This document shows, piece after piece, positions 18,237 to 28,545 of a stretch of DNA of 64,000 nucleotides. Position numbers and translations under genes: made by a program. The DNA is from a virus (taxonomy: Duplodnaviria > Heunggongvirae > Uroviricota > Caudoviricetes): the IMG/VR virus record IMGVR_UViG_2651869821_000001. One strand, 5' to 3'. The notes below the pieces were generated by a model that made no database searches, was not told the DNA's origin, and was given only the letters and a program-made list of their open reading frames with translations. The stretch's first letter is position 1; each line of letters opens with the position of its first letter.

Positions 18237-20510
18237 ATGTCTAAAGCTCCGACCAAAACTGTATTGAAAGAGGTACAGGACTTTCGCGACTGTGTAAAAC
18301 GTGTAGTGGCAATGTTGTCTGGTAAGCAGATACCAGTGGCAGAACGAGGCAATGACGCTTTTGTACGTTACAACAAGCGCGGAGAGCCTGTACTGGTAAA
18401 TATTCCATCGATCCCAGACGATGCAACACCAACACTAATGAACGCAGTGCGAGGTTTTCTTGACCATGAAGTGGCTCATATACTTTTCACAGACACTCTT
18501 GTGGCCATAAAGATGCGTAAAAAAGGTAAGGCACCATCTGCAGGTTTGTGGAACGCACTGGAAGATGTCTTCATTGAGCGTAAAATGGGTCAGGTTTTTA
18601 ACGGAACACGTCGTAACTTACTTGCTACACAAAATCTAATCATCGATAAGTATTTCAAAACAAAAGTGCCAGAAGCCGTCTCAATATGTCACGGTAATCA
18701 GCGCGATCTATTTCTTAAATTTTTCCTTTGCCCTGTTGTACGTGCCTGGGATGGACAAGCCCCGTTTATTGAATTTATGGAAAAGTACTGGCATCTGATC
18801 GCAAAGCCTGTGGCTTTGTTGAAAGAGCATGGGGTAGATGTTGCCGTTCGAAACATGTCTAGCACAGAAGACTGCGTCAAAGTGGCCGCTGCAATAGCCA
18901 CATTAATGAAAGACATGAAGGAGAATCCAGAAGATGAATTACCTAAGCTAAAATCCTCCGTAAAAAAATCTCCCAAAAGTGAAGAGGAGACGGAAGTAAC
19001 TACCGAGTCACCCGAAGAATCATCTACAGAACGAGTAAAAGCTAAAGATGATAGAGAGTCGACGGATGACAAGAAAGCGAAAGAAGATCGAAATGATGGT
19101 CGCGAAGAAGGGTCAGAAACAGACGATTCTGGTGTGTCTGAATCATCAAAATCAGTAGATAGGGACTTACCTACAGACGATAAAGATATAAGTGACACAG
19201 ATAATAATACTACAGAAGCAGGCGCAGACGATCTGTCGACTCCTGCGGATGGCATTCATGACGACGCTGATATTTCAGATGGCTATGGCTCTGATGAAGA
19301 CAGTGATAGTACAACAGGTGGAACTGCTGGTGAGTCGGAAGAAACCGGTGAGAAAGCAGACGACAAATTTGATGAAGGTAGTGAGAAAAAAGAAGACACA
19401 GAAACAACTCAAGAAGGTGACTCTGGTTTAACGCCTACGACAGATGACATGACATTAGAAGACGCTCTCAAGGCACTTGATGAGATGGAGGACGCGGTGG
19501 GCGAAATGACTGAGGACGCACTGTCGGCAACTATTAGTAAAGAGCTTACAAGCACATCTCTTTCAGACTATCGGCCATACGATCGTTCATACGATTTTAT
19601 AGGCTCTATAGATGATGCAGAAGGACACATAAAACGTACTCAAAAAGTGTTCGGCGCCATACCTCTTCATTACCCAATCGATCGTTATCGCATTGTCACT
19701 GAAGGTAGTAAGTTGTTTGAGAGAAGAATTGAGCGATATCTGTCTTCTGGCGTTTCCTCTACTCTTGCTAAAGATCTGGAACGTGCGATTGCAAGTCGCA
19801 ATCGCACACAGTTTATCCCTGGCCAACGTCGTGGTCGAATACACGGTTCAAGTTTGTATCGCTTATCAATGAAGGATGAGCGTGTATTTCGCAGGAAGGA
19901 AGACCACAAGGCTGTTAACGCTTGCGTTCAGCAGGTGATTGACTTGTCTGGTTCAATGAATGGCAAAAAAATACTATTGGCACTTGCCAGCGCCTACACC
20001 ATTGCCGATGCGCTTGATCGCATCAATGTGCCTAACATCATTACCGGCTTTACCACATTCGGGAATCCTGACAGTAGCGACAGGTCGAAACGTGGGTTTT
20101 CGCGCTTCGAAGCATTGATGTTGCCTATTATTAAAAACTGGAACGAAAAGGCTAACGCGCCAGAAATTCGTGCTCGTATGGGGTGCGTCAGTACTACCTT
20201 CCCTCTTCTCAACAACGTTGATGGAGAGAGCATAGTGCAACTGGCATCTCTATTCTCTGGCAGAACGGAAGATCGGAAGATCATGCTGGTTTTGAGTGAC
20301 GGCGTGCCATGTGCTACCGGAGAGGGATTTAAGGAGCATTTGAAGGCTACAACTAAAGAAATCGAAACAGTTAGCGATATCGATCTTATGGCTATAGGCA
20401 TACTAACTGATGCACCAAAGTTTTTTTATAAAAACTATGCTTTAGTGAAAAGTGTGGAGCAACTAGGTTCATCGGTAGTAACCGAGCTTTCTCGTATCAT
20501 TCTTAGCTAA
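18237..20510 (+). CDS. vWA-domain protein (CobT-like) with long acidic low-complexity linker
   Basis: C-terminal MIDAS motif VIDLSGSMNG and vWA-like fold cues; residues about 230 to 430 are D/E/S/T-rich low complexity. Confidence 0.65.
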   Translation: MSKAPTKTVLKEVQDFRDCVKRVVAMLSGKQIPVAERGNDAFVRYNKRGEPVLVNIPSIPDDATPTLMNAVRGFLDHEVAHILFTDTLVAIKMRKKGKAPSAGLWNALEDVFIERKMGQVFNGTRRNLLATQNLIIDKYFKTKVPEAVSICHGNQRDLFLKFFLCPVVRAWDGQAPFIEFMEKYWHLIAKPVALLKEHGVDVAVRNMSSTEDCVKVAAAIATLMKDMKENPEDELPKLKSSVKKSPKSEEETEVTTESPEESSTERVKAKDDRESTDDKKAKEDRNDGREEGSETDDSGVSESSKSVDRDLPTDDKDISDTDNNTTEAGADDLSTPADGIHDDADISDGYGSDEDSDSTTGGTAGESEETGEKADDKFDEGSEKKEDTETTQEGDSGLTPTTDDMTLEDALKALDEMEDAVGEMTEDALSATISKELTSTSLSDYRPYDRSYDFIGSIDDAEGHIKRTQKVFGAIPLHYPIDRYRIVTEGSKLFERRIERYLSSGVSSTLAKDLERAIASRNRTQFIPGQRRGRIHGSSLYRLSMKDERVFRRKEDHKAVNACVQQVIDLSGSMNGKKILLALASAYTIADALDRINVPNIITGFTTFGNPDSSDRSKRGFSRFEALMLPIIKNWNEKANAPEIRARMGCVSTTFPLLNNVDGESIVQLASLFSGRTEDRKIMLVLSDGVPCATGEGFKEHLKATTKEIETVSDIDLMAIGILTDAPKFFYKNYALVKSVEQLGSSVVTELSRIILS

Positions 20511-20606
20511 CATTTTCAACCTAAAAAATAAGTAATCACTTACTATACAATATAATATATTTATATAAGATATAACCCACAAAACGACCAACAGTAAGGA
20601 AAACAT

Positions 20607-21839
20607 ATGACCGCTACTGCACTACAGCAAGATAAATTACCTGAAATCGTAATCTGCAAGTGGTGTGGCAAACCCTTCCATCACTTTAAGACTCACATTT
20701 CTATGGGACGTTGCGAAAACATCCCTGAAGACGCTAAACATCTTGATGTCGATGACGTCGTAAAAATGTATACGACTCAATTCCCTGATGAACCGACACT
20801 CTCAAGTGTAGCGATGGAGAAATTGAAAGAAAAACGAGCTGAAAAAACACCACGTGAAGGGAAAATAGCTGATATCAGTTCCCATCCAGGATATGCAGGC
20901 ACTGTTGAGTATAAAACTGAACTAGTGGCCGCTCACGAACTGCTTAACGTGACCGTAAAACAGTTGGGTACACAGCGAGGGAAGCCTCTACAAGTAGCTG
21001 TGAACATAAACACTCCGTATCCTGAGTTCGTGCCAGAAGCAAAGAAAGGTTATGTGTATGGTGATTTTGATCTAATCAAAGACATTTTCATGATGCTGGA
21101 ACTTGGTATACCTGGGTATTTGTGGGGCCATGCTGGAACAGGTAAATCGTCACTTCCAACCCAGTTATGCGCGCTACTTAATCGTCCTTTAATTCGCGCA
21201 CAACATACTGCCTCAATGGAAGAAGCGCATGTTACTGGACAAATTCTAGCTAGAGACGGATCTACATACTTCGAGCCTGGTCTACTGGCACTGGCGATGA
21301 AAAATGGATGGGTATATCTGGCTGACGAGTACGACTTTGCATTCCCGCAAATTCTGGGCGTTTATCAGCCAGTACTGGAAGGCGAGCCATTAATTATCAA
21401 AGAAGCCACACCAGATTGGCGCCGTATTGAACCGCATAAGCGTTTCGCCTTTATTGGCACGGGAAATACAAATGGTTCTGGCGATGAAACAGGCCTTTAT
21501 CAAGGAACGAACATCCAGAACGCCGCTAACTTCTCTCGTTTCGGTATCGTCTCCCATGTGAAATATATGAGCGTAAAAGCTGAAACCAACATGTTGGTGG
21601 AGGCAGGAATAATACGTGAATATGCAGAAAAGTTAGTCAAGTTCGCCAATCTTGTTAGAGATGGATATGAGCAACATCTTATCAGTCAGCCAATAGGCCC
21701 TCGTGAATTGTTGCTATCAGCCAAAATTGGAATGATGCGCGGAGACTTCTCTGCCGGCATCGATAAGTCATTTATTAATAAACTCCCCTCAACTTCCGCG
21801 CAAGCTGCTCGCGAAGTGGTACAGAAAATATTCGGTTAA
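20607..21839 (+). CDS. AAA+ ATPase (MoxR/CobS-like), partner of the vWA protein
   Basis: LWGHAGTGKSSLP Walker A, VYLADEYDF Walker B region, 410 aa; N-terminal CxxC..H zinc-like motif. Confidence 0.7.
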   Translation: MTATALQQDKLPEIVICKWCGKPFHHFKTHISMGRCENIPEDAKHLDVDDVVKMYTTQFPDEPTLSSVAMEKLKEKRAEKTPREGKIADISSHPGYAGTVEYKTELVAAHELLNVTVKQLGTQRGKPLQVAVNINTPYPEFVPEAKKGYVYGDFDLIKDIFMMLELGIPGYLWGHAGTGKSSLPTQLCALLNRPLIRAQHTASMEEAHVTGQILARDGSTYFEPGLLALAMKNGWVYLADEYDFAFPQILGVYQPVLEGEPLIIKEATPDWRRIEPHKRFAFIGTGNTNGSGDETGLYQGTNIQNAANFSRFGIVSHVKYMSVKAETNMLVEAGIIREYAEKLVKFANLVRDGYEQHLISQPIGPRELLLSAKIGMMRGDFSAGIDKSFINKLPSTSAQAAREVVQKIFG

Positions 21840-22019
21840 TCGTGCGTAAAGGATGTTTCAGCTCCCTTATCGCAGCATCTGAAACGAGCAGGGTTTGTCT
21901 GGCATGTCCAGACAAATCGGAATGCCATCAATCAGCTAAAGAAGTTGCGATCTCAATATATGGGAAGTTCGTTGGCTTCCCCAGTGACAAAATTAAGAAA
22001 AACAGAAAGGTAAAAACAC

Positions 22020-25000
22020 ATGAAGGCTCTGATGGTCAGAACTGACTTTTCTCTTGGAGAGTCAGCTCTTAAAGCAGAAAACGCGGTGAAGATCGCGAAG
22101 GAGGCTGGCTATACCGCTGTGATTTCTGCGGATAGCATGAATATTGCTAGTGTGATCCCCCTGCAGCGTGCCGCTGGTGAAGACATAGCGGTGATTTGTG
22201 GTGTAAAGCTAAATATTGTTGACGATCCAACGTATGAGCACCGCGCCAGACTAGCAAAAGAGTCTTCAGAATGTATGGAATCATTGGTTCGTGAACGGAA
22301 TTATAGCTTCACCGCTCTAATCAAGAACGAACATGGCTATCGTGACATCTGCGAATTAATGACAATCGCAAACAAGCGAGAACAATTTTACTTTGTGCCA
22401 AGACTCTCACTCGATCAGCTGGCGACCACATATGCTAAAGGTAACATTATTCTGCTCACCTCCGACATTGGCAGCGTATTTCAACGTAGGGATTTCGCTA
22501 ATATTATCAGCACATTGATCACTGCAGGCGGGCGCGAAAACTTCTACAACGTGGTTTACCCTCACCCAACTCCATTCTATGACCAGATAAACGTTCGGGC
22601 GATGAAAGTAGCTAGAGCGCTGAAAATTGAGCCTGTTGCGTTCTACCCTGCATATTACGAAGAGGTCGACGACGCGGATATTAAAGATATTGCGCATATG
22701 GTGACGAATAACATCAAAATAGATCAGCCTCATCGCTTGCGTATACCCTTTCAGCGTGACAACGCTGTTAATGGGCGCCGCCATCTCCTCGAAGCATTAA
22801 AAGCCTTCTCCGTTCGCATGGATGTATCGGTAACAGCTGCAATGGCCTCAACAACGCAGGACACCATTATTGAAGCCTGCACATGGCGCTGGCATGAATT
22901 GCCACCAGCACTGCCCAAGATGGCAGACGACGAGCCTGCAACTCTGATGAAGCTGGCCATAGAGGGATTGCGCAAACGTCTTACCACAAAAGAGTTTGGC
23001 TATACGCCACCGGCTTCCCAACATCGGGTATATGTTGATCGTCTGAAATACGAAATGAATACACTTACTCGCTTGGGCTTTTGTGGTTACTTCCTGATGG
23101 TTCGCGATCTGATGAATCACAGTCGTGAAGCTGGTATTCCCGTTGGACCTGGGCGTGGTTCTTCTGCTGGTTCTCTAGTGGCGTGGTGCATTGGCATCAC
23201 AAACGTAGACCCTATTCGCCACGGTCTGCTGTTTGAGCGTTTCATTAACCCAGAACGTCTTGACCTTCCGGATGCGGATCTGGACTTCAGCCAGGCGCGT
23301 CGCCATGAGGTGATCGAGTATCTCAATGAACGCTATGGCGAAGAATATGTCGCCGGCATTCCTAATTTTACCTATCTTGGCGCCGCCTCTGCTTTGCGCG
23401 ACACCGCTCGCATTTTCGGTGTAGACGCCGCGGACATGGCCGTTTCTAAAGAGTTTAAAAATCTGGAAGACGACAGCCTGTCTCTTGAAGAACTGCGTGA
23501 ACAACTGGCCAGCCTGGACAAATACGCCACCAAAAACCCGGATGCTTTCAAAGCCGCCTGCAAACTTCAAAATCTGATGCGTGGTTTTGGTCGTCACGCT
23601 GCGGGGATGATCGTCGCTGGCGTTCCATTGGTAGAACGCACGCCCGTCGAGCTGCGTGGCAATGCTCGCTGTATTGCGTTCGATAAACGTTACTGTGAGG
23701 CGATGGGGCTAATTAAGCTGGACGTTCTCGGTCTGGCAACGCTCGATCTGCTGGATAGCGCGAAACGCTACATCAAAGAGAGTACAGGGGAAGACATCAA
23801 TCTCGATGCTATCCCACTGGACGATCGCAAGGTTCTGGATGGGTTTGCTGCAGGGTACACGCAGGGCGTATTCCAGTTGGAGTCCGGCCCCATGCGCAAG
23901 CTGCTTAAAGATCTGGGCGGTGGCATTGAGCCGATGAGCTTTAAAACCGTTGTCGCTACGACCGCACTATTTCGACCTGGCCCGATTCAGTCAGGCATGT
24001 TGGATGATTACGTCGCAGTTGCCAAAGGCTTCATGACTCCGCAATCACTGCACCCAGTACTGGACGAGCTAACCGCCGAAACAAATGGCGTCATTCTCTA
24101 TCAGGAGCAAACCATGAGCGCGACTCGTTTGCTGGCCGGCTTCACAATGGCTGAGGCAGATGGGGTACGTAAAGCGATCGGTAAGAAAGATATGGAGAAA
24201 ATGAAGAGCATGGGTGAAAGATTTATCGCTCAGGCTCAAGCTGGATGGATTGATGTTGAGCTGGCAGACGGCACAACGCAGCGCGTTCATCGAGCCGAAC
24301 ATTTCAAATGTGAAGACGGAACACTGTTAACAGTGGAAGAGGCTCTTGAGAAAGGCGCAAAGTTACCTATGGCAATTGTGCGCGTGACAGGCTCACACGC
24401 TGGTTTGTCAGAAATGAAAGCGAAAGAAATTTGGGAGGCATTCGAGAAGAACGGTGCTTACCAGTTCAACAAATCACATTCTGTGGCCTATTCGCTGATC
24501 AGTTATCAATCCATGTGGCTGAAAACACATTTCCCGGCTGAGTTCTTTGCTGCTGCGCTCACTATTCTTGGCGAGGACAAACACCAGGGGCTGGTAAAGG
24601 ATGCGCTCACCTATGGCATCCGCGTCTTACCACCAGATGTTAACGTATCTTCTAATCGCATTGAGATCCGAACATTAGAGGATGGTAATCAAGTTTTGTA
24701 TGCCCCCTTCTCTGCTGTTAAAGGTTGTTCCGAGAATGGTTGCAAAGCCATCATGCGAGCACGTGAAAAAGTCGGAGGTAAGTTTGAGTCACTGGAACAG
24801 TTTGAGGAGGCTGTAGAGAAGCGTGCGTGCAACAGTCGCGTGCGAGATTCACTACAAAAAGTCGGTGCTTTCGCATCCATCGAGTCTGGGAGTCTTCCAG
24901 CAACAGACCCCAATCGTCTGCGAGACCAGGCGGAGCTGATGGGCAACCTGGTGATCGACGCTGTGAAAGCCTCTCGTCCATTCGAGATGACCCCTAAACG

Positions 25001-25541
25001 ATCTGCGGAGGTGAATGTACTGATGACGCGCATGGCGGCCGAAATGGGTTTAGGTGATGAACTTATCCGTCCCAGCATCGGCATTAAACCGAAAATCATG
25101 GTCATTCTGGACAATGCGAACGGCAATGATGGGCGTACCGGTTACTTCATGGAAAACGGGTACGACGACTTCAAAGCGAAGTTACTTACTGCAGGCGGTC
25201 TAAGAATGGGCGATTTGTACGTCACCGGCGTGTGCAAGAAGGTGAAGGACAAAGAAAAGGACTATACCAAAGACGAGATAAGCCAGTTCACTGACTTCAT
25301 GCGCGAAGAGATCAACCTGGTTCGTCCGACCTATGTGCTGACGTGTGGCAGCCGAGCGACGTCGTTATTCAACAACAAGAGCAAACCATCCGACCTGGTT
25401 GGACGAAAAGAGTATTTACCCGATCTTGATGTAACAGTCTTCTATGGGTTCAATCCAAATATTCTGTACTTCCGCCCAGAAGAAGGGGAAAGACTGGAAG
25501 CAATACTATCTGACGTAGCTAAAACGCTTAAAACAATCTAG
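22020..25541 (+). CDS. dnaE: DNA polymerase III alpha subunit (DnaE family)
   Basis: PHP N-terminal region, then GYFLMVRDLMNHSREAGIPVGPGRGSSAGSLVAWCIGITNVDP..LFERFINPER..DADLDF, the hallmark DnaE polymerase core; 1173 aa. Confidence 0.9.
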   Translation: MKALMVRTDFSLGESALKAENAVKIAKEAGYTAVISADSMNIASVIPLQRAAGEDIAVICGVKLNIVDDPTYEHRARLAKESSECMESLVRERNYSFTALIKNEHGYRDICELMTIANKREQFYFVPRLSLDQLATTYAKGNIILLTSDIGSVFQRRDFANIISTLITAGGRENFYNVVYPHPTPFYDQINVRAMKVARALKIEPVAFYPAYYEEVDDADIKDIAHMVTNNIKIDQPHRLRIPFQRDNAVNGRRHLLEALKAFSVRMDVSVTAAMASTTQDTIIEACTWRWHELPPALPKMADDEPATLMKLAIEGLRKRLTTKEFGYTPPASQHRVYVDRLKYEMNTLTRLGFCGYFLMVRDLMNHSREAGIPVGPGRGSSAGSLVAWCIGITNVDPIRHGLLFERFINPERLDLPDADLDFSQARRHEVIEYLNERYGEEYVAGIPNFTYLGAASALRDTARIFGVDAADMAVSKEFKNLEDDSLSLEELREQLASLDKYATKNPDAFKAACKLQNLMRGFGRHAAGMIVAGVPLVERTPVELRGNARCIAFDKRYCEAMGLIKLDVLGLATLDLLDSAKRYIKESTGEDINLDAIPLDDRKVLDGFAAGYTQGVFQLESGPMRKLLKDLGGGIEPMSFKTVVATTALFRPGPIQSGMLDDYVAVAKGFMTPQSLHPVLDELTAETNGVILYQEQTMSATRLLAGFTMAEADGVRKAIGKKDMEKMKSMGERFIAQAQAGWIDVELADGTTQRVHRAEHFKCEDGTLLTVEEALEKGAKLPMAIVRVTGSHAGLSEMKAKEIWEAFEKNGAYQFNKSHSVAYSLISYQSMWLKTHFPAEFFAAALTILGEDKHQGLVKDALTYGIRVLPPDVNVSSNRIEIRTLEDGNQVLYAPFSAVKGCSENGCKAIMRAREKVGGKFESLEQFEEAVEKRACNSRVRDSLQKVGAFASIESGSLPATDPNRLRDQAELMGNLVIDAVKASRPFEMTPKRSAEVNVLMTRMAAEMGLGDELIRPSIGIKPKIMVILDNANGNDGRTGYFMENGYDDFKAKLLTAGGLRMGDLYVTGVCKKVKDKEKDYTKDEISQFTDFMREEINLVRPTYVLTCGSRATSLFNNKSKPSDLVGRKEYLPDLDVTVFYGFNPNILYFRPEEGERLEAILSDVAKTLKTI

Positions 25542-25677
25542 CAACTCTCATTTTTGTACAGAACAGGGGCAATATAGCTCCATGTTCTGCGAATGTTTTC
25601 TTACATCAAGGTGTCTACTGACTGAATTTTTGCTTGATTGTATAATTAATACAATTAAATAAATGAGAACCTAACAA

Positions 25678-26109
25678 ATGAGCGTCAAAATCTACGAAAA
25701 AGTTATGGCCGATCTGGAGTTCGACCGTGAGAATCTTGAAGAGGTATGGCGTAAGCAGCCGCGTCTTCTGATGGAGTACGGCTCTAAGCTGGCACAAGCG
25801 GAGCGTGAAGTTGCCGATGCCAAACTATCACTCGACGCTATCGAGGCAAAAATTTATGATAATGAACGTAAAAATCTAAGTATGAACGGTATTAAGTTTA
25901 ACGAGTCCGTTCTAGATGCAAAGGTCAAAACTAATCCGCAATATCTCGCCAAGAGACAGAAACTTGACGATGCCAGACACATAGCAGATCTGTACAAACA
26001 CGCTGTATCCGCCTTCTCACATCGTAGAGACATGATAGTACAGGCATCAAAAATGACGATTGTGGAGATAGAGAGATTGGGGGTTGAACGGTTCCTACCA
26101 CCCCGTTAA
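25678..26109 (+). CDS. Hypothetical coiled-coil protein
   Basis: 143-aa ORF with sigma70-like TTGATT/TATAAT upstream. Confidence 0.45.
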   Translation: MSVKIYEKVMADLEFDRENLEEVWRKQPRLLMEYGSKLAQAEREVADAKLSLDAIEAKIYDNERKNLSMNGIKFNESVLDAKVKTNPQYLAKRQKLDDARHIADLYKHAVSAFSHRRDMIVQASKMTIVEIERLGVERFLPPR

Positions 26110-26226
26110 ATTGTTATAGATAATAAGTAAGTACTGATCTATTATTTACGCGCTCAAAAGAGTCTAAACCAAACGAATGCCCAAAGCGCACGGCGCCAAT
26201 GGCCACAATCACAACAGGAGAAACAC

Positions 26227-27273
26227 ATGTCTAAGTCATTGCTCGATCTGCTTAACAAGACCCGTGGTGATATTGCTTCTAAGCGTGGCAATAACATCGA
26301 TCTGACTCGTATGAAAGACGGTAATAACTATCTTCGTATTTTCCCGAATAAGGATGACCCGAATGGTGTGTTTTTCCAGACTTTTGGTATGCACTACGTT
26401 AAGCATCAGAACGAAGAAGGTAAAGAAGTCACCACTGCCTATATCTGTGAACAGCACACTCACGGTCACGCTTGCCAGTTATGTGAAATGGTGATGGAAG
26501 GTCGTGCTCGTTTCAAGGGAAATAAAGCTATGGAGGAGCGTATCGGCCAAATGCGTGCGACTCCGCGTTATCTGGTCAATGGCGTACTTTCTGCACGAGA
26601 AGACTTTGCCGATGTTGAGAAATGCCAGCTAATTGAACTACCGGCAACTGTTTTTGATGATATTTGCAAGGTTATGTCCGAAGATATCGCTGACGATATT
26701 GGCAACCCACTGAGCAAGGAAGAAGGTTACGCTTTCTTGGTTAAACGTACCGGTTCCGGCCGAGACACCAAATACGATGTATCACCAAAGCGTAAAGTTT
26801 ACAAAGGTGATATTCCTGAAAAGCTGTGGTCAACACAACATGATTTGATCGCTTATGCAAATCAGGCTGATGAAACACGATTGTTATCCACAGCTCGTAC
26901 AATGGGACGCTTGATCGGTATCGCAGCTCCAGCAGCAACTATGTCTTCTCTGGCGGTATCCTCTTCCGTATCAAGCGCTACAGCAAGCACCACATCACTG
27001 CCTGGTTTTGGGACTATCACTGGTCATACAGAAGGCGCAACTGCCGTCGCCACAGCACACACTCCAGCACCAGGATCAACCAGCCTTGTCGACGAAGAGA
27101 TACTGCGAGCAGCAGAAGCTGAGTTCAAACCGGAAACCACACAAGATTCGGATAAAGCGCCAGAAGATGGTGCAGTAGCCGCAACTAAAAGCACTCCAGC
27201 TTCCACCATCACTGCGTCCACACCAGCTGATGAAGGTCTAGATGACTTGCTGGCTGAACTGAATGCTCTGTAA
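26227..27273 (+). CDS. ssDNA-binding protein, T4 gp32-like
   Basis: NYLRIFP, a His/Cys zinc motif (CEQHTHGHACQLC), YAFLVKRTG, an A/S/T-rich spacer and the acidic tail DEGLDDLLAELNAL; architecture of gp32. Confidence 0.6.
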   Translation: MSKSLLDLLNKTRGDIASKRGNNIDLTRMKDGNNYLRIFPNKDDPNGVFFQTFGMHYVKHQNEEGKEVTTAYICEQHTHGHACQLCEMVMEGRARFKGNKAMEERIGQMRATPRYLVNGVLSAREDFADVEKCQLIELPATVFDDICKVMSEDIADDIGNPLSKEEGYAFLVKRTGSGRDTKYDVSPKRKVYKGDIPEKLWSTQHDLIAYANQADETRLLSTARTMGRLIGIAAPAATMSSLAVSSSVSSATASTTSLPGFGTITGHTEGATAVATAHTPAPGSTSLVDEEILRAAEAEFKPETTQDSDKAPEDGAVAATKSTPASTITASTPADEGLDDLLAELNAL

Positions 27274-27289
27274 CCCATAACGAGACAAG

Positions 27290-27319
27290 TAAGGCGTCTA
27301 CGGACGCCTTACTTTTTTG
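27290..27319 (+). terminator. Rho-independent terminator
   Basis: TAAGGCGTC-TACG-GACGCCTTA followed by CTTTTTTG. Confidence 0.7.
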
Positions 27320-27332
27320 AAGGAGTGTACCG

Positions 27333-28277
27333 GTGAATTATCTCTTTGTGGATGGTAACAGTCTTGGCTATTACCACCAGCAATCCGACAAATTACATAA
27401 CGGCGATATGGAAGTTCAGGCCATATTCGGTTTCGTTAAAAACGTCCGTCGTTATTCCTCTATCCTCCATGCCCGCCCAATGATCTTGTGGGATGGATTC
27501 AGCGACAAACGTCGAGACTACTATCCGGAATACAAAGCTAATCGCGATGACGATCCGGATATGAAAAAGATGAAAGAAGGTTTCGCTATCCAGAAGCCTT
27601 ACATCCTTAAAATGATGACTGCGCTTGGCGTTAATCAGCTCATCGCAAAGGATGCAGAAGCTGACGACCTGGCAGGAATGCTTGTTTCTCGTCTGGCACC
27701 GCAGCCAACAGTTGATCACATTTATCTACTTACAGGTGACGGAGACTGGCTCCAGTTAGTGCGCGAGAATGTGAGCTGGGTAAGTCTACGCGAAGACGCG
27801 AAGCACAAGCAGGTTAACTTCGAACAATTTGCAGAACTTATCGGACTCCCAACCCCGCGCGCTTTTCTGGAAGCCAAAGCACTACAGGGGGATACATCGG
27901 ACAACATCAAAGGTGTTGGCGGTATCGGTGATGGTGGTGCGAAAGAGCTGTTGCATGAATGGGGAAGCGTCGCCTCTATGGTGCGAGGCATCAATAACGG
28001 TTCAATCGTAATCGACAAAGGCCGGTATAAAACGGCATTCAACAAGCTGGCAAAGAACGCCTTCAACGAGAAGACGGGCTGTCGGATGCTGGAAGCCTTC
28101 AAACGCAATATGACGTTGATGAATCTTATTGATACCAAATTCCCGCCCAGCGAGATCGAGTCAATTAAAGGCGTTCGAAATATGAAGACTTTCGAACAGA
28201 TGTGCCATGAGCTGAATTTCCGTTCTTTTCTGGAAGACCTGGAAGTCTTTGTACTTCCGTTTGAGAGGTACTGCTAA
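27333..28277 (+). CDS. 5'-3' exonuclease / flap endonuclease (phage RNase H, Pol I 5'-exo family)
   Basis: MNYLFVDGNSLGY.., EADDLAGM, H3TH-like GIGDGGAKELL; 314 aa. Confidence 0.75.
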   Translation: MNYLFVDGNSLGYYHQQSDKLHNGDMEVQAIFGFVKNVRRYSSILHARPMILWDGFSDKRRDYYPEYKANRDDDPDMKKMKEGFAIQKPYILKMMTALGVNQLIAKDAEADDLAGMLVSRLAPQPTVDHIYLLTGDGDWLQLVRENVSWVSLREDAKHKQVNFEQFAELIGLPTPRAFLEAKALQGDTSDNIKGVGGIGDGGAKELLHEWGSVASMVRGINNGSIVIDKGRYKTAFNKLAKNAFNEKTGCRMLEAFKRNMTLMNLIDTKFPPSEIESIKGVRNMKTFEQMCHELNFRSFLEDLEVFVLPFERYC

Positions 28278-28543
28278 TGCTGAAATCCATCATTAATGGC
28301 GGAACTACCACGCCAACCATGCTGGCTAAGGAGATTGTCTTCTGCCACGGCGAGCACGCAGTGGTGGCTCTGTCGAACATTCTGGGCGCTGCTGGCATTT
28401 CTGCTACTGAGCGTGAGTTCGCGCTGGTCAGCGAGCAGGTCGTGAAGATCATCGCTCGCGTCGCCAAACACCTGAACCACGACGCAATCAAGTTTGACGA
28501 AGCCGCTGCTTCGAAGCGAATCAACGAATCAAAAGGAGCCTGA
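28277..28543 (+). CDS. Hypothetical protein
   Basis: 88-aa ORF with ATGA overlap to the upstream gene. Confidence 0.4.
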   Translation: MLKSIINGGTTTPTMLAKEIVFCHGEHAVVALSNILGAAGISATEREFALVSEQVVKIIARVAKHLNHDAIKFDEAAASKRINESKGA

Positions 28544-28545
28544 AC

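Noticed and set aside
18930-19530. Acidic D/E/S-rich stretch flagged as a possible repeat element or intein
   Set aside because: It is in frame within the vWA protein and is low-complexity coding sequence, not a nucleotide-level tandem repeat.
22407-25126. Numerous minus-strand and alternative-frame ORFs inside dnaE (for example 22407..22784, 23175..23597, 24689..25126) and similarly inside nrdA, sbcC and the vWA gene
   Set aside because: They are embedded in strongly supported long plus-strand genes, lack RBS, and have biased or odd composition. They are treated as spurious antisense ORFs.
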